Source of the DNA: Dicyema japonicum
Taxonomy: Eukaryota > Animalia > Dicyemida
Assembly: GCA_011109175.1 (NCBI GenBank)
Contig: RDEW01000069.1
Location: 102,184-166,183, forward strand
Reading direction: 5' to 3'
DNA: 64,000 nucleotides
Shown here one piece after another: positions 24,427 through 36,636 of the stretch. Under the pieces are notes generated by a model. The model was not told the origin of the DNA. It made no database searches and saw only the letters and a program-made list of their open reading frames with translations. How positions within the stretch are numbered: the stretch's first letter is position 1; the number at the start of each line of letters is the position of its first letter. The translations under genes were made by a program, and so were the position numbers.

Positions 24427-24837
24427 ATGGCACGAACAAAACAAACTGCTAGAAAATCAACTGGAGCAAAAGTTCCAAGGAAACAGCTTTCTGCTAAATC
24501 TGCACGCAAGTCAGTTTCTCAATTGGGTGGTGTAAAGAAGCCACATCGCTTTCGTCCTGGTGTCGTGGCAATGAGGGAGATCAGAAGATATCAAAAGAGT
24601 ACTGACCTTCTATTGCGAAAGACACCGTTCCAAAGGGTTGTTAGAGAAGCAGCACAATTTATGAAGACAGATTTACGTTTCCAATCATCGGCCATTGTTG
24701 CTCTTCAGGAGGCTGCAGAGACTTATTTGGTCGGGATTTTTGAGGATAGTAATTTGTGTGCAATACATGGAAAACGAGTAACAATAATGCCACAGGATAT
24801 GCACCTAGCAAGGAGAATTCGTGGTGAAAAAACATAA
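24427..24837 (+). CDS. H3: Histone H3 (divergent)
   Basis: [13 protein letters not shown]...KKPHRFRPG...LARRIRGE. Confidence 0.98.
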   Translation: MARTKQTARKSTGAKVPRKQLSAKSARKSVSQLGGVKKPHRFRPGVVAMREIRRYQKSTDLLLRKTPFQRVVREAAQFMKTDLRFQSSAIVALQEAAETYLVGIFEDSNLCAIHGKRVTIMPQDMHLARRIRGEKT

Positions 24838-26025
24838 CTTTTCGATAAATCAAATAAATATAATTTGTCTCTTTTTTTTAAATTAACCTAATCCCGACAA
24901 AATTTAGGAAAAAGTAAGATAATCCAATCCTTTCGCCTAATTGATAATGTTTTTCGAGACGCAATGTCGTTTTAAATTGTTAATTCACGGGAATTTCTAA
25001 TCATACGCAGTTTCTATCAACTAGCTAAAAATAGCCTATATAAAACCCAATGTAACAAACTAACCATATCAAATCTCCCTTTAATTACATAAATAAGACA
25101 AATTTTTAATTTTGACACTGTTAAAAAAACAAAAAACTATTTCAATTTGATTTTAATATAAAAAATTAAATTAATCGCTGTCGAAAAATTGGGGTCAAAA
25201 ATCCAGGGTTTTGCGGCTGTTTGATCTCAAACCAAGTTCTTTCCACGCGTCTTGCTTTTACGCGTTAAAATATGAAATCAGATTGAAAATTGGACGCACG
25301 TGTGCGGAGATTTGATAATTGATTATTTTTTAGTTTTTAGAAATTAAATTTGTCTATTATTCTTGTTTATGTAAGCCTTGTTAACCTTTAACTAAATTAA
25401 TTTATTTTTTTGATTATCCAATTGCTACATTCTAAGATAGTTCTAGATATTGACTTAGTCAGCTAGGCTTACAGTTGGTTAGTAATAATGTAACTTTTTT
25501 CAAAATAACTTTTGTAAGTGACTGATTATTGTATTTAGGAGACTGAATCGGTATATAGATTGGAGCAACTTTCTACGACCTAATCAATTTGGATTCCGTC
25601 CGGGAAGATCATGTGGAGATTGTATCCAATCACTAAACTACGAAATTATAAATACATTGGAGAAGAAATTGATTTGTCTAATTAAATTTGTCTACTATTC
25701 TTGTTTATGTAAGTCTTGTTATTCTTTAACTAAATTAATTTATTTTTTTTCATTATCCAATTGCTACAAGATAGTTCTAGATATTGACTTGTCAGCTAGG
25801 GTTACAGTTGGTTAGTAATAATGTAACTTTTTGCAAGATAACTTTTGTAAGTAATTAAGTTTCAATTTTATCAATAGGGTTTTACTCCTTTGGAGTAATT
25901 TTCCGATAGATATCTTGACAAAATGAAGGCAGATGTCTTATTACTTAGGGATCAAATAGATTTCTGGCTAGCAAGTACTATAGTGATAAGAGTCAATTAA
26001 AGTAAAGGTTTATTTAATAAAATTG

Positions 26026-26388
26026 TTAAGTGGATGCAGGTTTTGCGGGTTCAGCACTTTTGCGACAGATGTATCTTCCGCAAGAGATTATTGCATTTTG
26101 GGTAAGTTCTTTTAATTCGTCATCGGCATTGATTGCGACAGACAGGTGACAAGGTTTGATCCTTCGCTTTGCAGCCTTGAGTGCAGTATTACCACAAAGT
26201 TCCAGCACTTCAGCACATAGATACTCCATTACAGCTCCAACGTAGATGGCAGCACCAACTGCAACTCGCATTCTGGTCTCACTTCTCAAGCATCTATGAA
26301 TTCGACCAACTGGAAATTGCAAGCCTGCTCTAACTGATTTGCTTTTCGCTTTTGTACGTACTTTTCCACCTTTACCGCGAGTAGACAT
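26026..26388 (-). CDS. H2A: Histone H2A
   Basis: Protein identical to 19808-20170. Confidence 0.97.
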   Translation of the reverse strand: MSTRGKGGKVRTKAKSKSVRAGLQFPVGRIHRCLRSETRMRVAVGAAIYVGAVMEYLCAEVLELCGNTALKAAKRRIKPCHLSVAINADDELKELTQNAIISCGRYICRKSAEPAKPAST

Positions 26389-26391
26389 TTT

Positions 26392-26545
26392 ATTGAAAAT
26401 TTTCAATTTTTTCGTACTTATGTTTTTAAATTGTGCTTCCGGAAAAAACTTTTAGAATTAGCATAAGAAAATCAATACTTTCTAAAGTTTATTCTGGAAG
26501 CACAATTTGAAAACATAAGTACGAAAAAATTCAAAAATTTCGATT
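26392..26545. promoter_or_regulatory. Palindromic bidirectional H2A/H2B promoter
   Basis: ~60-bp inverted arms (TTTTTTCGTACTTATGTTTT.AAATTGTGCTTCC.GAA / TTC.GGAAGCACAATTT.AAAACATAAGTACGAAAAAA) around a ~25-bp core. Confidence 0.8.
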
Positions 26546-26554
26546 CTCGGCTAA

Positions 26555-26923
26555 ATGGTTCAAAAAGTGAGTACTAAAGGATCTAAACGGGCGGCGGTTA
26601 AAGTTAGTACCACAACACGTGCCTTACGAAAAAAGAAAAAGCGATCCCAAAACTATCATTTGTACATTCTCAGGATTTTGAAATCTGTCCACACTGATTT
26701 GGGGATGTCAAAGAAAGCTATGATGGCTATGGACAGCTTTACTTTTGACATTTACGAAAAAATCAAGAACGAAGCTTGCAATTTAGTTCAGCATAATAGC
26801 AAAGCTACTATCACATCGAGAGAAATTCAAACAGCAGTACGCTTGATTTTGCCTGGAGAATTGGCAAAGCATGCTATTACCGAAGGGGCAAAGGCGGTCA
26901 CCAAGTATACCAATACTAAGTGA
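26555..26923 (+). CDS. H2B: Histone H2B
   Basis: [32 protein letters not shown] motif. Confidence 0.97.
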   Translation: MVQKVSTKGSKRAAVKVSTTTRALRKKKKRSQNYHLYILRILKSVHTDLGMSKKAMMAMDSFTFDIYEKIKNEACNLVQHNSKATITSREIQTAVRLILPGELAKHAITEGAKAVTKYTNTK

Positions 26924-27074
26924 TTTTTACTTGATATAATAAAGAAAACTTGTTTTCTAACCATTTTTTTCTTACATAAAAATAGCCCACGTGTCATAAT
27001 CTTAACAAAAGAACGTTTTTTATTAATTTTAACGCTATTTAAAAAGTCCGTTTTAGTGTGTTTTCCAATTTTCA

Positions 27075-27187
27075 CTTTAATATCGATTTGTGCTTCCGTG
27101 AAAAACTTTTAATATTATCGATTTGTGCTTCGGCGAAAAAGTTTTTGCGTCGTCAATTTATAAACGCCAAATTTGGAGCGCAAAGCA
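27075..27187 (+). promoter_or_regulatory. H4 promoter: tandem ATCGATTTGTGCTTC(C/G)G.GAAAAA repeat plus TTTATAAA box
   Basis: Two ~35-bp repeats, present in all units. Confidence 0.55.
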
Positions 27188-27261
27188 ATGTCAGGACGTG
27201 GTAAAGGTGGAAAAGGAGGAAAGTCAGTGCAAAGCGATTTAAAAAGATCCTGATCGATAAC
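27188..27261 (+). CDS. H4 head (codons 1-25) fused to family-A ORF1
   Basis: ...GATAAC|GTAAGAAGTTTGGAC; in frame once the single G missing in TCAG(G)TGCA is restored. Confidence 0.85.
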
Positions 27262-28878
27262 GTAAGAAGTTTGGACGATTATGAGGACATCTCACGTGTG
27301 GTCTGCGACACAGCGGCCCACGTGGTACAAGGACTCTTCGAAAATAAGCCCTCTATTGGATTATATTTTAGAGGAGTCCGAGGAGTCGAGAAGCTCAGAA
27401 GGGTCGTTCGCGACTCGATCCTTCTGTCGTTCAGAGTCAATATGGGGATCGATGGCAGGGCTGCTTTCCACACTGCAGCGGACATCCCCACACAGCAAGC
27501 GGTTGATCAAGCTGTGCCTGCACCGAGGAGGATGGAGGTTGAGAGCAAGACTCAGCCTCTTGAAATGAATCAAGGACCGAGAACCGAGGGCAGGGCTGAA
27601 TCCGTCACACAGCCGCGGTCCAACAGGCTGTGCCTGCCCTCGACGAAGGAAGACAAGAGGACCGTCTCCCAATGACTGTAGGCTGGACTACAGTAGGGAG
27701 AAAGAGGAAGTCTGCGGTTTCTGCCAAACCGCAGAACGTGCGTGATTCGGGTCCAGAAACCGCAAAGTGCCCTAAAAAGCATTTTGCAGGCTCGAATCAA
27801 TCCAGAGCGCACGTGCCGAAAGAAAAGAAGAAAGAACAGGTATTCGGAGGACTAACTACACTAGTTCGGCTAGAGGTGCCGAAGATGGGAGTGGTTAAAC
27901 TCCTAAGTGGCATAGGTACTCTGGCTACCTATGCGAAAGGAAGGATCGTCAGACGAGGAGAATCCCACTTGTTGGTGGGATTCAGAAATGACGTGGACGC
28001 CTCAGCTTTTGAAGCTGAGGTGAATAAGAAGGTTCCTTTTGGGCCCGGGGCACATAACATGTCTCGGGTCATCCCCAAGGTACACGACTCGATTGTACTA
28101 GTCTTCGGAGTCCTCTGGACTTTGTTGATGAGGATGTACTCGAGTACATCAAAAAGGACTACCCCACGGCGCACAAGATCGAGCGCTTCAAGAGTGGGAG
28201 TCAGAGATTAAGGACTCTCAAGGTCTGGATCAGGTCCGGAGCAGAAGCTGAAAGGATCTGCCTTGAGAAGTTAAAGATAGGTTACTTTAGATTTGGTGTG
28301 GCCCGAGAGCGACCGGTAGCAATCCAGTGCTACAGATGCCAGGGATTCGGCCACACCAGCTCCCGCTGCACTTAATAAAGAGAAGTGCCTAAATTGCGGG
28401 GGTCCACATTCGCGGAAGGCTTGCCAAACAAGTGGCAAGTCTCTCAAGTGCGTGAACTGTGGCGCAAAAGGACACAGGGCGAGCCATACCAAGTGCCCCC
28501 TGTATCAGGAGGCGACGGAGAAGGTACCACAGGGGAGAAGGCAGGCGCCCTCCTCTGGAATGGTCAGTGATGTAGGCACTATCCATCGGATGGTGAGTAA
28601 CTATTGCAATGCCACTGGGGCTTCGCTCCAAACGGCACTTAGGGATATCGCGTTATCTCATAGGTTAAATAATGCGTCGAAGGGATGCTCAACATCGTCT
28701 TCGAAACAGGAGGACTTTAGAATATGACGAAGACTTTTATAAAACGAAGGAGGCACGGGGAAGACGAATGTGATGGCACGAAAACGCTGCCGCAAGGCGG
28801 TGAAAGGGCCTTTAGTTAGTTCTTCCCTAACTTAACATTTGTTTTTTTGCCTAATAAAGATTTTTCCGTTTTTCTTCC
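27262..28878 (+). mobile_element. LINE family A, ORF1-only short form, in H4
   Basis: ORF1 ends ..SKQEDFRI*, then the shared 3' UTR, AATAAA and TTCC tail; H4 restarts at 28879. Confidence 0.92.
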
Positions 28879-28886
28879 GCAAATCA

Positions 28887-29194
28887 ATGTCTGGACGTGG
28901 AAAGGTGGAAAAGGAGGAAAGTCAGGTGCAAAGCGATTTAAAAAGATCCTGATCGATAACATTCAGGGGATCACAAAGCCTGCAATTAGGAGACTGTGTC
29001 GTAGAGGAGGTGTGAGAAGGATCTCAGGCAAAATTTATGAGGAGACAAGATGTGTCCTCAGGATCTTTATTGAGAGAACTATAAGAGATTGCATTTCCTA
29101 TTGTGAACACGCTAAAAGAAAAACTGTGATTGCTATGGATGTGGTCTATGCCTTGAAGAGACAAGGGAGAACAATATATGGATTTGGTGGATGA
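28887..29194 (+). CDS. H4: Histone H4 (restarts after the element; 1-bp indel near the start)
   Basis: Full H4 sequence from ATG to TGA. Confidence 0.9.
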
Positions 29195-29571
29195 CATATC
29201 TTTTTAATAAAAAAATAAATTTTTATCTATATTAAATTCTGAGATATAATTTAAGTCGTTTAGGGTTACAAGAAGCATTTCTATAAATAGTGTTTTTTAT
29301 GAATTCTAATTACACAGTGATAATTTTAAAATTTTGTAAAATAGCTTTTTCTACTTTAATGTGGTAAAATTTTGCTTAAAATAATGCTTTGATAATTTTA
29401 AAAAAAATTGTGTTTTGATAATTTTCCAAATTGTGCTTCCGGAAAAAAATTACTTGCTCTCTCGTATTGTTGCAAAATTGCGTGTGCTTCGCGAAAAATT
29501 TAAGCGTACGTTAGTATTAGTACATCGAAAAAAAATCGATAATTTTAATTTCATTCATTCGTCGATAAATA

Positions 29572-29979
29572 ATGGCACGAACAAAACAAACTGCTAGAAA
29601 ATCAACTGGAGCAAAAGTTCCAAGGAAACAGCTTTCTGCTAAATCTGCACGCAAGTCAGTTTCTCAATTGGGTGGTGTAAAGAAACCACATCGCTTTCGT
29701 CCTGGTGTCGTGGCAATGAGGGAGATCAGAAGATATCAAAAGAGTACTGACCTTCTATTGCGAAAGACACCGTTCCAAAGGGTTGTTAGAGAAGCAGCAC
29801 AATTTATGAAGACAGATTTACGTTTCCAATCATCGGCCATTGTTGCTCTTCAGGAGGCTGCAGAGACTTATTTGGTCGGGATTTTGAGATAGTATTTGTG
29901 TGCAATACATGGAAAACGAGTAACAATAATGCCACAGGATATGCACCTAGCAAGGAGAATTCGTGGTGAAAAAACATAA
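29572..29979 (+). CDS. H3: Histone H3 (small indels, probable errors)
   Basis: Matches other copies except short deletions near 29880-29895. Confidence 0.9.
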
Positions 29980-31245
29980 CTTTTCGATAAATCAAATAAA
30001 TATAATTTGTCTCTTTTTTTTAAATTAACCTAATCCCGACAAAATTTAGGAAAAAGTAAATAATCCTATCCTTATAGCCTAATTGATAATGTTTTTCGAG
30101 ATGCAATGTCGTTTTAAATTGTTAATTCACGGGAATTTCTAGTCATACGCAGTTTCTATCAACTAGCTAAAAATACCTATATAAAACCCAACTTCAATGT
30201 AACAAACTAAACAAATAAATCTCAAGTACAAAAATAAGACAAATTTTTAATTTTGACACAGTTTAAAAAACAAAAAAACTATATCATTTTTTTTAATGTA
30301 ACAAACTAACCATATAAAATCTGCCTTTAATTACATAAATAAGACAAATTTTTAATTTTAACGCTGTTAAATAACAATTTGACTATTATATAAAAATTAA
30401 ATTAATCGCTGTCGAAAAATTGGGGTCAAAAATCCAGGTTTTTGCGGCTGATTGATCTCAAACCAAGTTCATTCAACGCGTCTTGCTTTTGCGCGTTAAA
30501 ATGTGAAATCAGATTGAAAATTGGACGCACGTGGGCGGAGATTTGATAATTGATTATTTTTTAGTTTTTAGAAATTAAATTTGTCTATTATTCTTGTTTA
30601 TATAAGCCTTGTTAACCTTTAACTAAATTAATTTATTTTTTTGATTACCTAAATGCTACATTCTAAGATAGTTCTAGATATTGACTTAGTCAGCTAGGCT
30701 TACAGTTGGGTAGTAATAATGTAACTTTTTTCTAAATAACTCTTGTAAGTGACTGATTATTCTATTTAAGAGACTGAAACGGTATATAGAGGGGAGCAAC
30801 TTTCTACGACCTAATCAATTTGGATTCCGTCTGGGAAGATCATGTGGAGATTTTATCCACTCACTAAACTACGAAATTATAAATACATTGGAGAAGAAAT
30901 TGATTTGTCTAATTAAATTTGTCTATTATTCTTGTTTATGTAAGACTTGTTTTCCTTTTAAACTAATTTTTTTTGATTATCCAATTGCTACATTCCAAGA
31001 TAGTTCTTGACTTGTCAGCTAGGGTTACAGTTGGTTAGTAATAATGTAACTTTTTGCAATATAACTTTTGTAAGTAATTAAGTTTCAATTTTATTTATAG
31101 GGTTTTACTCCTTTGGAGTAATTTTCCGATAGATATCTTGACAAAATAAAGGCACATGTCTTATTACTAAGGGATCAAATGGATTTCTGGCTAGCAAGTA
31201 CTATTGATAAAGTCAATTAAAGTAAAGGTTTATTTAATAAAATTG

Positions 31246-31608
31246 TTAAGTGGATGCTGGTTTTGCGGGCTCAGCACTTTTGCGACAGATGTATCTTCCG
31301 CAAGAGATTATTGCATTTTGGGTAAGTTCTTTTAATTCGTCATCGGCATTGATTGCGACAGACAGGTGACAAGGTTTGATCCTTCGCTTTGCAGCCTTGA
31401 GTGCAGTATTACCACAAAGTTCCAGCACTTCAGCACATAGATACTCCATTACAGCTCCAACGTAGATGGCAGCACCAACTGCAACTCGCATTCTGGTCTC
31501 ACTTCTCAAGCATCTATGAATTCGACCAACTGGAAATTGCAAGCCTGCTCTAACTGATTTGCTTTTCGCTTTTGTACGTACTTTTCCACCTTTGCCGCGA
31601 GTAGACAT
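31246..31608 (-). CDS. H2A: Histone H2A
   Basis: Identical protein. Confidence 0.97.
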   Translation of the reverse strand: MSTRGKGGKVRTKAKSKSVRAGLQFPVGRIHRCLRSETRMRVAVGAAIYVGAVMEYLCAEVLELCGNTALKAAKRRIKPCHLSVAINADDELKELTQNAIISCGRYICRKSAEPAKPAST

Positions 31609-31779
31609 TTTATTGAAAATTTTGAATTTTTTCGTACTTATGTTTTTAAATTGTGCTTCCGGAAAAAACTTTTAAATTAGCATAAGAAAATCAATACTTT
31701 CTAAAGTTTATTCTGGAAGCACAATTTGAAAACATAAGTACGAAAAAATTCAAAATTTTTCAAAATTTAGATTTAGACT

Positions 31780-32148
31780 ATGGTTCAAAAAGTTAGCACA
31801 AAAGGATCTAAACGGGCTGCAGTTAAAGTTAGTAGCACAACACGTGCCTTACGAAAAAAGAAAAAGCGATCCCAAAACTATCATTTGTACATTCTGAGGA
31901 TTTTGAAATCTGTCCACACTGATTTGGGGATGTCAAAGAAAGCTATGATGGCTATGGACAGCTTTACTTTTGACATTTACGAAAAAATCAAGAACGAAGC
32001 TTGCAATTTAGTTCAGCATAATAGCAAAGCTACTATCACATCAAGAGAAATTCAAACAGCAGTACGCTTGATTTTGCCTGGAGAATTGGCAAAGCATGCT
32101 ATTACCGAAGGGGCAAAGGCGGTCACCAAGTATACCAATACTAAGTGA
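31780..32148 (+). CDS. H2B: Histone H2B
   Basis: Intact 122-aa ORF. Confidence 0.97.
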   Translation: MVQKVSTKGSKRAAVKVSSTTRALRKKKKRSQNYHLYILRILKSVHTDLGMSKKAMMAMDSFTFDIYEKIKNEACNLVQHNSKATITSREIQTAVRLILPGELAKHAITEGAKAVTKYTNTK

Positions 32149-32442
32149 TTTTTACTTGATATAATAAAGAAAACTTGTTTTCTAACATTTTTTTCCTTAC
32201 ATAAAAATAGCCCACGTGTCATAATCTTAACAAAAGAACGTTTTTTATTAAATTTAACGTAATAAGAACGTTTTTTATTATTTTTAACGCTATTTAAAAA
32301 GTCCGTTTTAGTGTGTTTTCCAATTTTCACTTTAATATCGATTTGTGCTTCCGTGAAAAACTTTTAATATTATCGATTTGTGCTTCGGCGAAAAACTTTT
32401 TGCGTCGTCAATTTATAAACGCCAAATTTGGAGCGCAAAGCA

Positions 32443-32532
32443 ATGTCTGGACGTGGTAAAGGTGGAAAAGGAGGAAAGTCAGGTGCAAAGCGATTCAAAA
32501 AGATCCTGATCGATAACATTCAGGGATCACAA
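32443..32532 (+). CDS. H4 head (~30 codons) fused to family-A ORF1
   Basis: Junction ATCACAA|CACATTCCGTACGA as at 47666; in frame after restoring one G in CAGG(G)GATC. Confidence 0.85.
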
Positions 32533-34267
32533 CACATTCCGTACGAAATCTTGAGGATTATCAGGACATCTCACGTGTGGTCTGTGATACAGCGGCCCAC
32601 GTGGTACAAGGACTCTTCGAAAAATAAGCCCTCTATTGGATTATATTTTAGAGGAGTCCGAGGAGTAGAGAAGCTCAGAAGGGTCGTTCGCGACTCGATC
32701 CTTCTGTCGTTCAGAGTCAATATGGGGATCGATGGCAGGGCTGCTTTCCACACTGCAGCGGACATCCCACACAGCAAGCGGTTGATCAAGCTGTGCCTGC
32801 ACCAAGGAGGATGGAGGTTGAGAGCAAGACTCAGCCTCCTGTAATGGATCAAAGGACCGAGGAAAAACATCCCAGCAAAGCTAGCGGTGAACAAGCTGTG
32901 CCTGGGACAAGGAGGATGGAGGTTGAGGGCAAGACTCAGCCTCTTGAAATGAATCAAGGACGAGAACCGAGGGCAAGGGCTGAATCCGTCACACAGCCAA
33001 GCGGTCCAAACAGGCTGTGCCTGCCCTCGACGAAGTGCGACAAGAGGACCATCTCCCAATGACTGTAGGCTGGACTACAGTAGGGAGAAAGAGGAAGTCT
33101 GCGGTTTCTGCCAAACCGCAGAACGTGCGTGATTCGGGTCCAGAAAACCGCAAAGTGCCCTAAAAGCATTTTTGCAGGCTCGAATCAATCCAGAGCGCAC
33201 GTGCCGAAAGAAAAGAAGAAAGAACAGGTATTCGGAGGACTAACTACACTAGTTCGGCTAGAGGTGCCGAAGATGGGAGTGGTTAAACTCCTAAGTGGCA
33301 TAGGTACTCTGGCTACCTATGCGAAAGAAGGATCGTCAGACGAGGAGAATCCCACTTGTTGGTGGGATTCAGAAATGACGTGGACGCCTCAGCTTTTGAA
33401 GCTGAGGTGAATAAGAAGGTTCCTTTTGGGCCCGGGGCACATAACATGTCTCGGGTCATCCCCAAGGTACACGACTCGATTGTACTAGTCTTCCGGAGTC
33501 CCTCTGGACTTTGTTGATGAGGATGTACTCGGAGTACATCAAAAGGACTACCCCACGGCGCACAAGATCGAGCGCTTCAAGAGTGGAGTCAGAGACTAAG
33601 GACTCTCAAGGTCTGGATCAGGTCCGGAGCGGAAGCTGAGAGGATCTGCCTTGAGAAGTTTAAGATAGGTTACTTTAGATTTGGTGTGGCCCGAGAGCGA
33701 CCGGTAGCAATCCAGTGCTACAGATGCCAGGGATTCGGCCACACCAGCTCCCGCTGCACTTATAAAGAGAAGTGCCTAAATTGCGGGGTCCACATTCGCG
33801 AAGGCTTGCCAAACAAGTGGCAAGTCTCTTCAAGTGCGTGAACTGTGGCGCAGAAGGACACAGGGCGAGCCATACCAAGTGCCCCCCTGTATCAGGAGGC
33901 GACGGAGAAGGTACCACAGGGGAGAAGGCAGGCGCCCTCCTCTGGAATGGCCAGTGATGTAGGCACTATCCATCGGATGGTGAGTAACTATTGCAATGCC
34001 ACTGGGGCTTCGCTCCAAACGGCACTTAGGGATATCGCGTTTATCTCATAGGTTAAATAATGCGTCGAAGGGATGCTCAACAATCGTCTTCGAAACAGGA
34101 GGACTTTAGAATATGACGAAGACTTTTATAAAACGAAGGAGGCACGGGGAAGACGAATGTGATGGCACGAAACGCTGCCGCAAGGCGGTGAAAGGGCCTT
34201 TAGTTAGTTCTTCCCTGATTACTTAACATTTGTTTTTTGCCTAATAAAGATTTTTCCGTTCCGATCC
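32533..34267 (+). mobile_element. LINE family A, ORF1-only short form, in H4
   Basis: Same structure as 27262-28878; tail TTCCGTTCCGATCC. Confidence 0.92.
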
Positions 34268-34276
34268 CGCAAAGCA

Positions 34277-34585
34277 ATGTCAGGACGTGGGAAAGGTGGA
34301 AAAGGAGGAAAGTCAGGTGCAAAGCGATTCAAAAAGATCCTGATCGATAACATTCAGGGGATCACAAAGCCTGCAATTAGGAGACTGTGTCGTAGAGGAG
34401 GTGTGAGAAGGATCTCAGGCAAAATTTATGAGGAGACAAGATGTGTCCTCAGGATCTTTATTGAGAGAACTATAAGAGATTGCATTTCCTATTGTGAACA
34501 CGCTAAAAGAAAAACTGTGATTGCTATGGATGTGGTCTATGCCTTGAAGAGACAAGGGAGAACAATATATGGATTTGGTGGATGA
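34277..34585 (+). CDS. H4: Histone H4 (intact, downstream of element)
   Basis: 102-aa ORF. Confidence 0.97.
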   Translation: MSGRGKGGKGGKSGAKRFKKILIDNIQGITKPAIRRLCRRGGVRRISGKIYEETRCVLRIFIERTIRDCISYCEHAKRKTVIAMDVVYALKRQGRTIYGFGG

Positions 34586-34959
34586 CTTTTTTTTAAATAA
34601 AAAAAATAAATTTTTATCTATATTAAATTCTGAGATATAAATTAAGTCGTTTTAGGGTTACAAGAAGCTTTCTATAAATAGTGTTTTTTATGAATTCTAA
34701 TTACACAGTGATAATTTTAAAATTTTGTAAAATAGCTTTTTTCTACTTTAATGTGGTAAAATTTTGCGTAAATAATGCATTTGATAATTTTAAAAAAAAT
34801 TGTGTTTTGATAATTTTCCAAATTGTGCTTCCGGAAAAAAATTACTTGCTCTCTCGTATTGTTGCAAAATTGCGTGTGCTTCCGCGAAAAATTTAAGCGT
34901 ACGTTAGTATTAATACATCGCAGAAAAAAATCGATAATTTTCATTTTCATCGATAAATA

Positions 34960-35370
34960 ATGGCACGAACAAAACAAACTGCTAGAAAATCAACTGGAGC
35001 AAAAGTTCCAAGGAAACAGCTTTCTGCTAAATCTGCACGCAAGTCAGTTTCTCAATTGGGTGGTGTAAAGAAACCACATCGCTTTCGTCCTGGTGTCGTG
35101 GCAATGAGGGAGATCAGAAGATATCAAAAGAGTACTGACCTTCTATTGCGAAAGACACCGTTCCAAAGGGTTGTTAGAGAAGCAGCACAATTTATGAAGA
35201 CAGATTTACGTTTCCAATCATCGGCCATTGTTGCTCTTCAGGAGGCTGCAGAGACTTATTTGGTCGGGATTTTTGAGGATAGTAATTTGTGTGCAATACA
35301 TGGAAAACGAGTAACAATAATGCCACAGGATATGCACCTAGCAAGGAGAATTCGTGGTGAAAAAACATAA
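34960..35370 (+). CDS. H3: Histone H3
   Basis: Intact 136-aa ORF. Confidence 0.98.
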   Translation: MARTKQTARKSTGAKVPRKQLSAKSARKSVSQLGGVKKPHRFRPGVVAMREIRRYQKSTDLLLRKTPFQRVVREAAQFMKTDLRFQSSAIVALQEAAETYLVGIFEDSNLCAIHGKRVTIMPQDMHLARRIRGEKT

Positions 35371-36636
35371 CTTTTCGATAAATCAAATAAATATAATTTG
35401 TCTCTTTTTTTTAAATTAACCTAATCCCGACAAAATTTAAGAAAAATTAAAAGTCCAATCCTTTCGCCTAATTGATAATGTTTTTCGAGACGCAATGTCG
35501 TTTTAAATTGTTAATTCACGGAATTTCTAATCATACGCAGTTTCTATCAACTAGCTAAAAATAGCCTATATAAAACCCAACTTCAATGTAACAAACTAAC
35601 CAAATAAATCTCAAGTACAAAAATAAGACAAATTTTTAATTTTGAGACTGTTTAAAAAACAAAAAAACTATATCATTTTGGTTTAATGTAACAAACTAAC
35701 CATATAAAATCTCCCTTTAATTACATAAATAAGACAAATTTTTAATTTTAACGCTGTTAAATAACAATTTGATTATAATATAAAAATTAAATAAATCGCT
35801 GTCGAAAAATTGGGGTCAAAAATCCAGGTTTTTGCGGCTGATTGATCTCAAACCAAGTTCATTCAACGCGTCTTGCTTTTGCGCGTTAAAATGTGAAATC
35901 AGATTGATAATTGGACGCACGTGGGCGGAGATTTGATAATTGATTAATTTTAGTTTTTAGAAATTAAATTTGTCTATTATTCTTGTTTATGTAAGCCTTG
36001 TTAACCTTTAACTAAATTAATTTATTTTTTTGATTACCTAAATGCTCATTCTAAGATAGTTCTAGATATTGACTTAGTCAGCTAGGCTTACAGTTGGGTA
36101 GTATTAATGTAACTTTTTTCTAAATAACTTTTGTAAGTGACTGATTATTCTATTTAAGAGACTGAAACGGTATATAGAGGGGAGCAACTTTCTACGACCT
36201 AATCAATTTGGATTCCGTCTGGGAAGATCATGTGGAGATTGTATCCACTCACTAAACTACGAAATTATAAATACATTGGAGAAGAAATTGATTTGTCTAA
36301 TTAAATTTGTCTACTATTCTTGTTTATGTAAGTCTTGTTATCCTTTAACTAAATTAATTTAGTTTTTTGATTATCCAATTGCTACAAGATAGTTCTTGAC
36401 TTGTCAGCTAGGGTTACAGTTGGTTAGTAATAATGTAACTTTTTGCAATATAACTTTTGTAAGTAATTAAGTTTCAATTTTATTTATAGGGTTTTACTCC
36501 TTTGGATAATTTTCCGATAGATATCTTGACAAAATAAAGGCAGATGTCTTATTACTTAGGGATCAAATAGATTTCTGGCTAGCAAGTACTATATTGATAA
36601 GAGTCAATTAAAGTAAAGGTTTATTTAATAAAATTG

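Noticed and set aside
24659-24853. Recurrent antisense ORFs over H3, H2B and family-A ORFs
   Set aside because: Shadows of repeated coding sequence; they recur only because the DNA is repeated.
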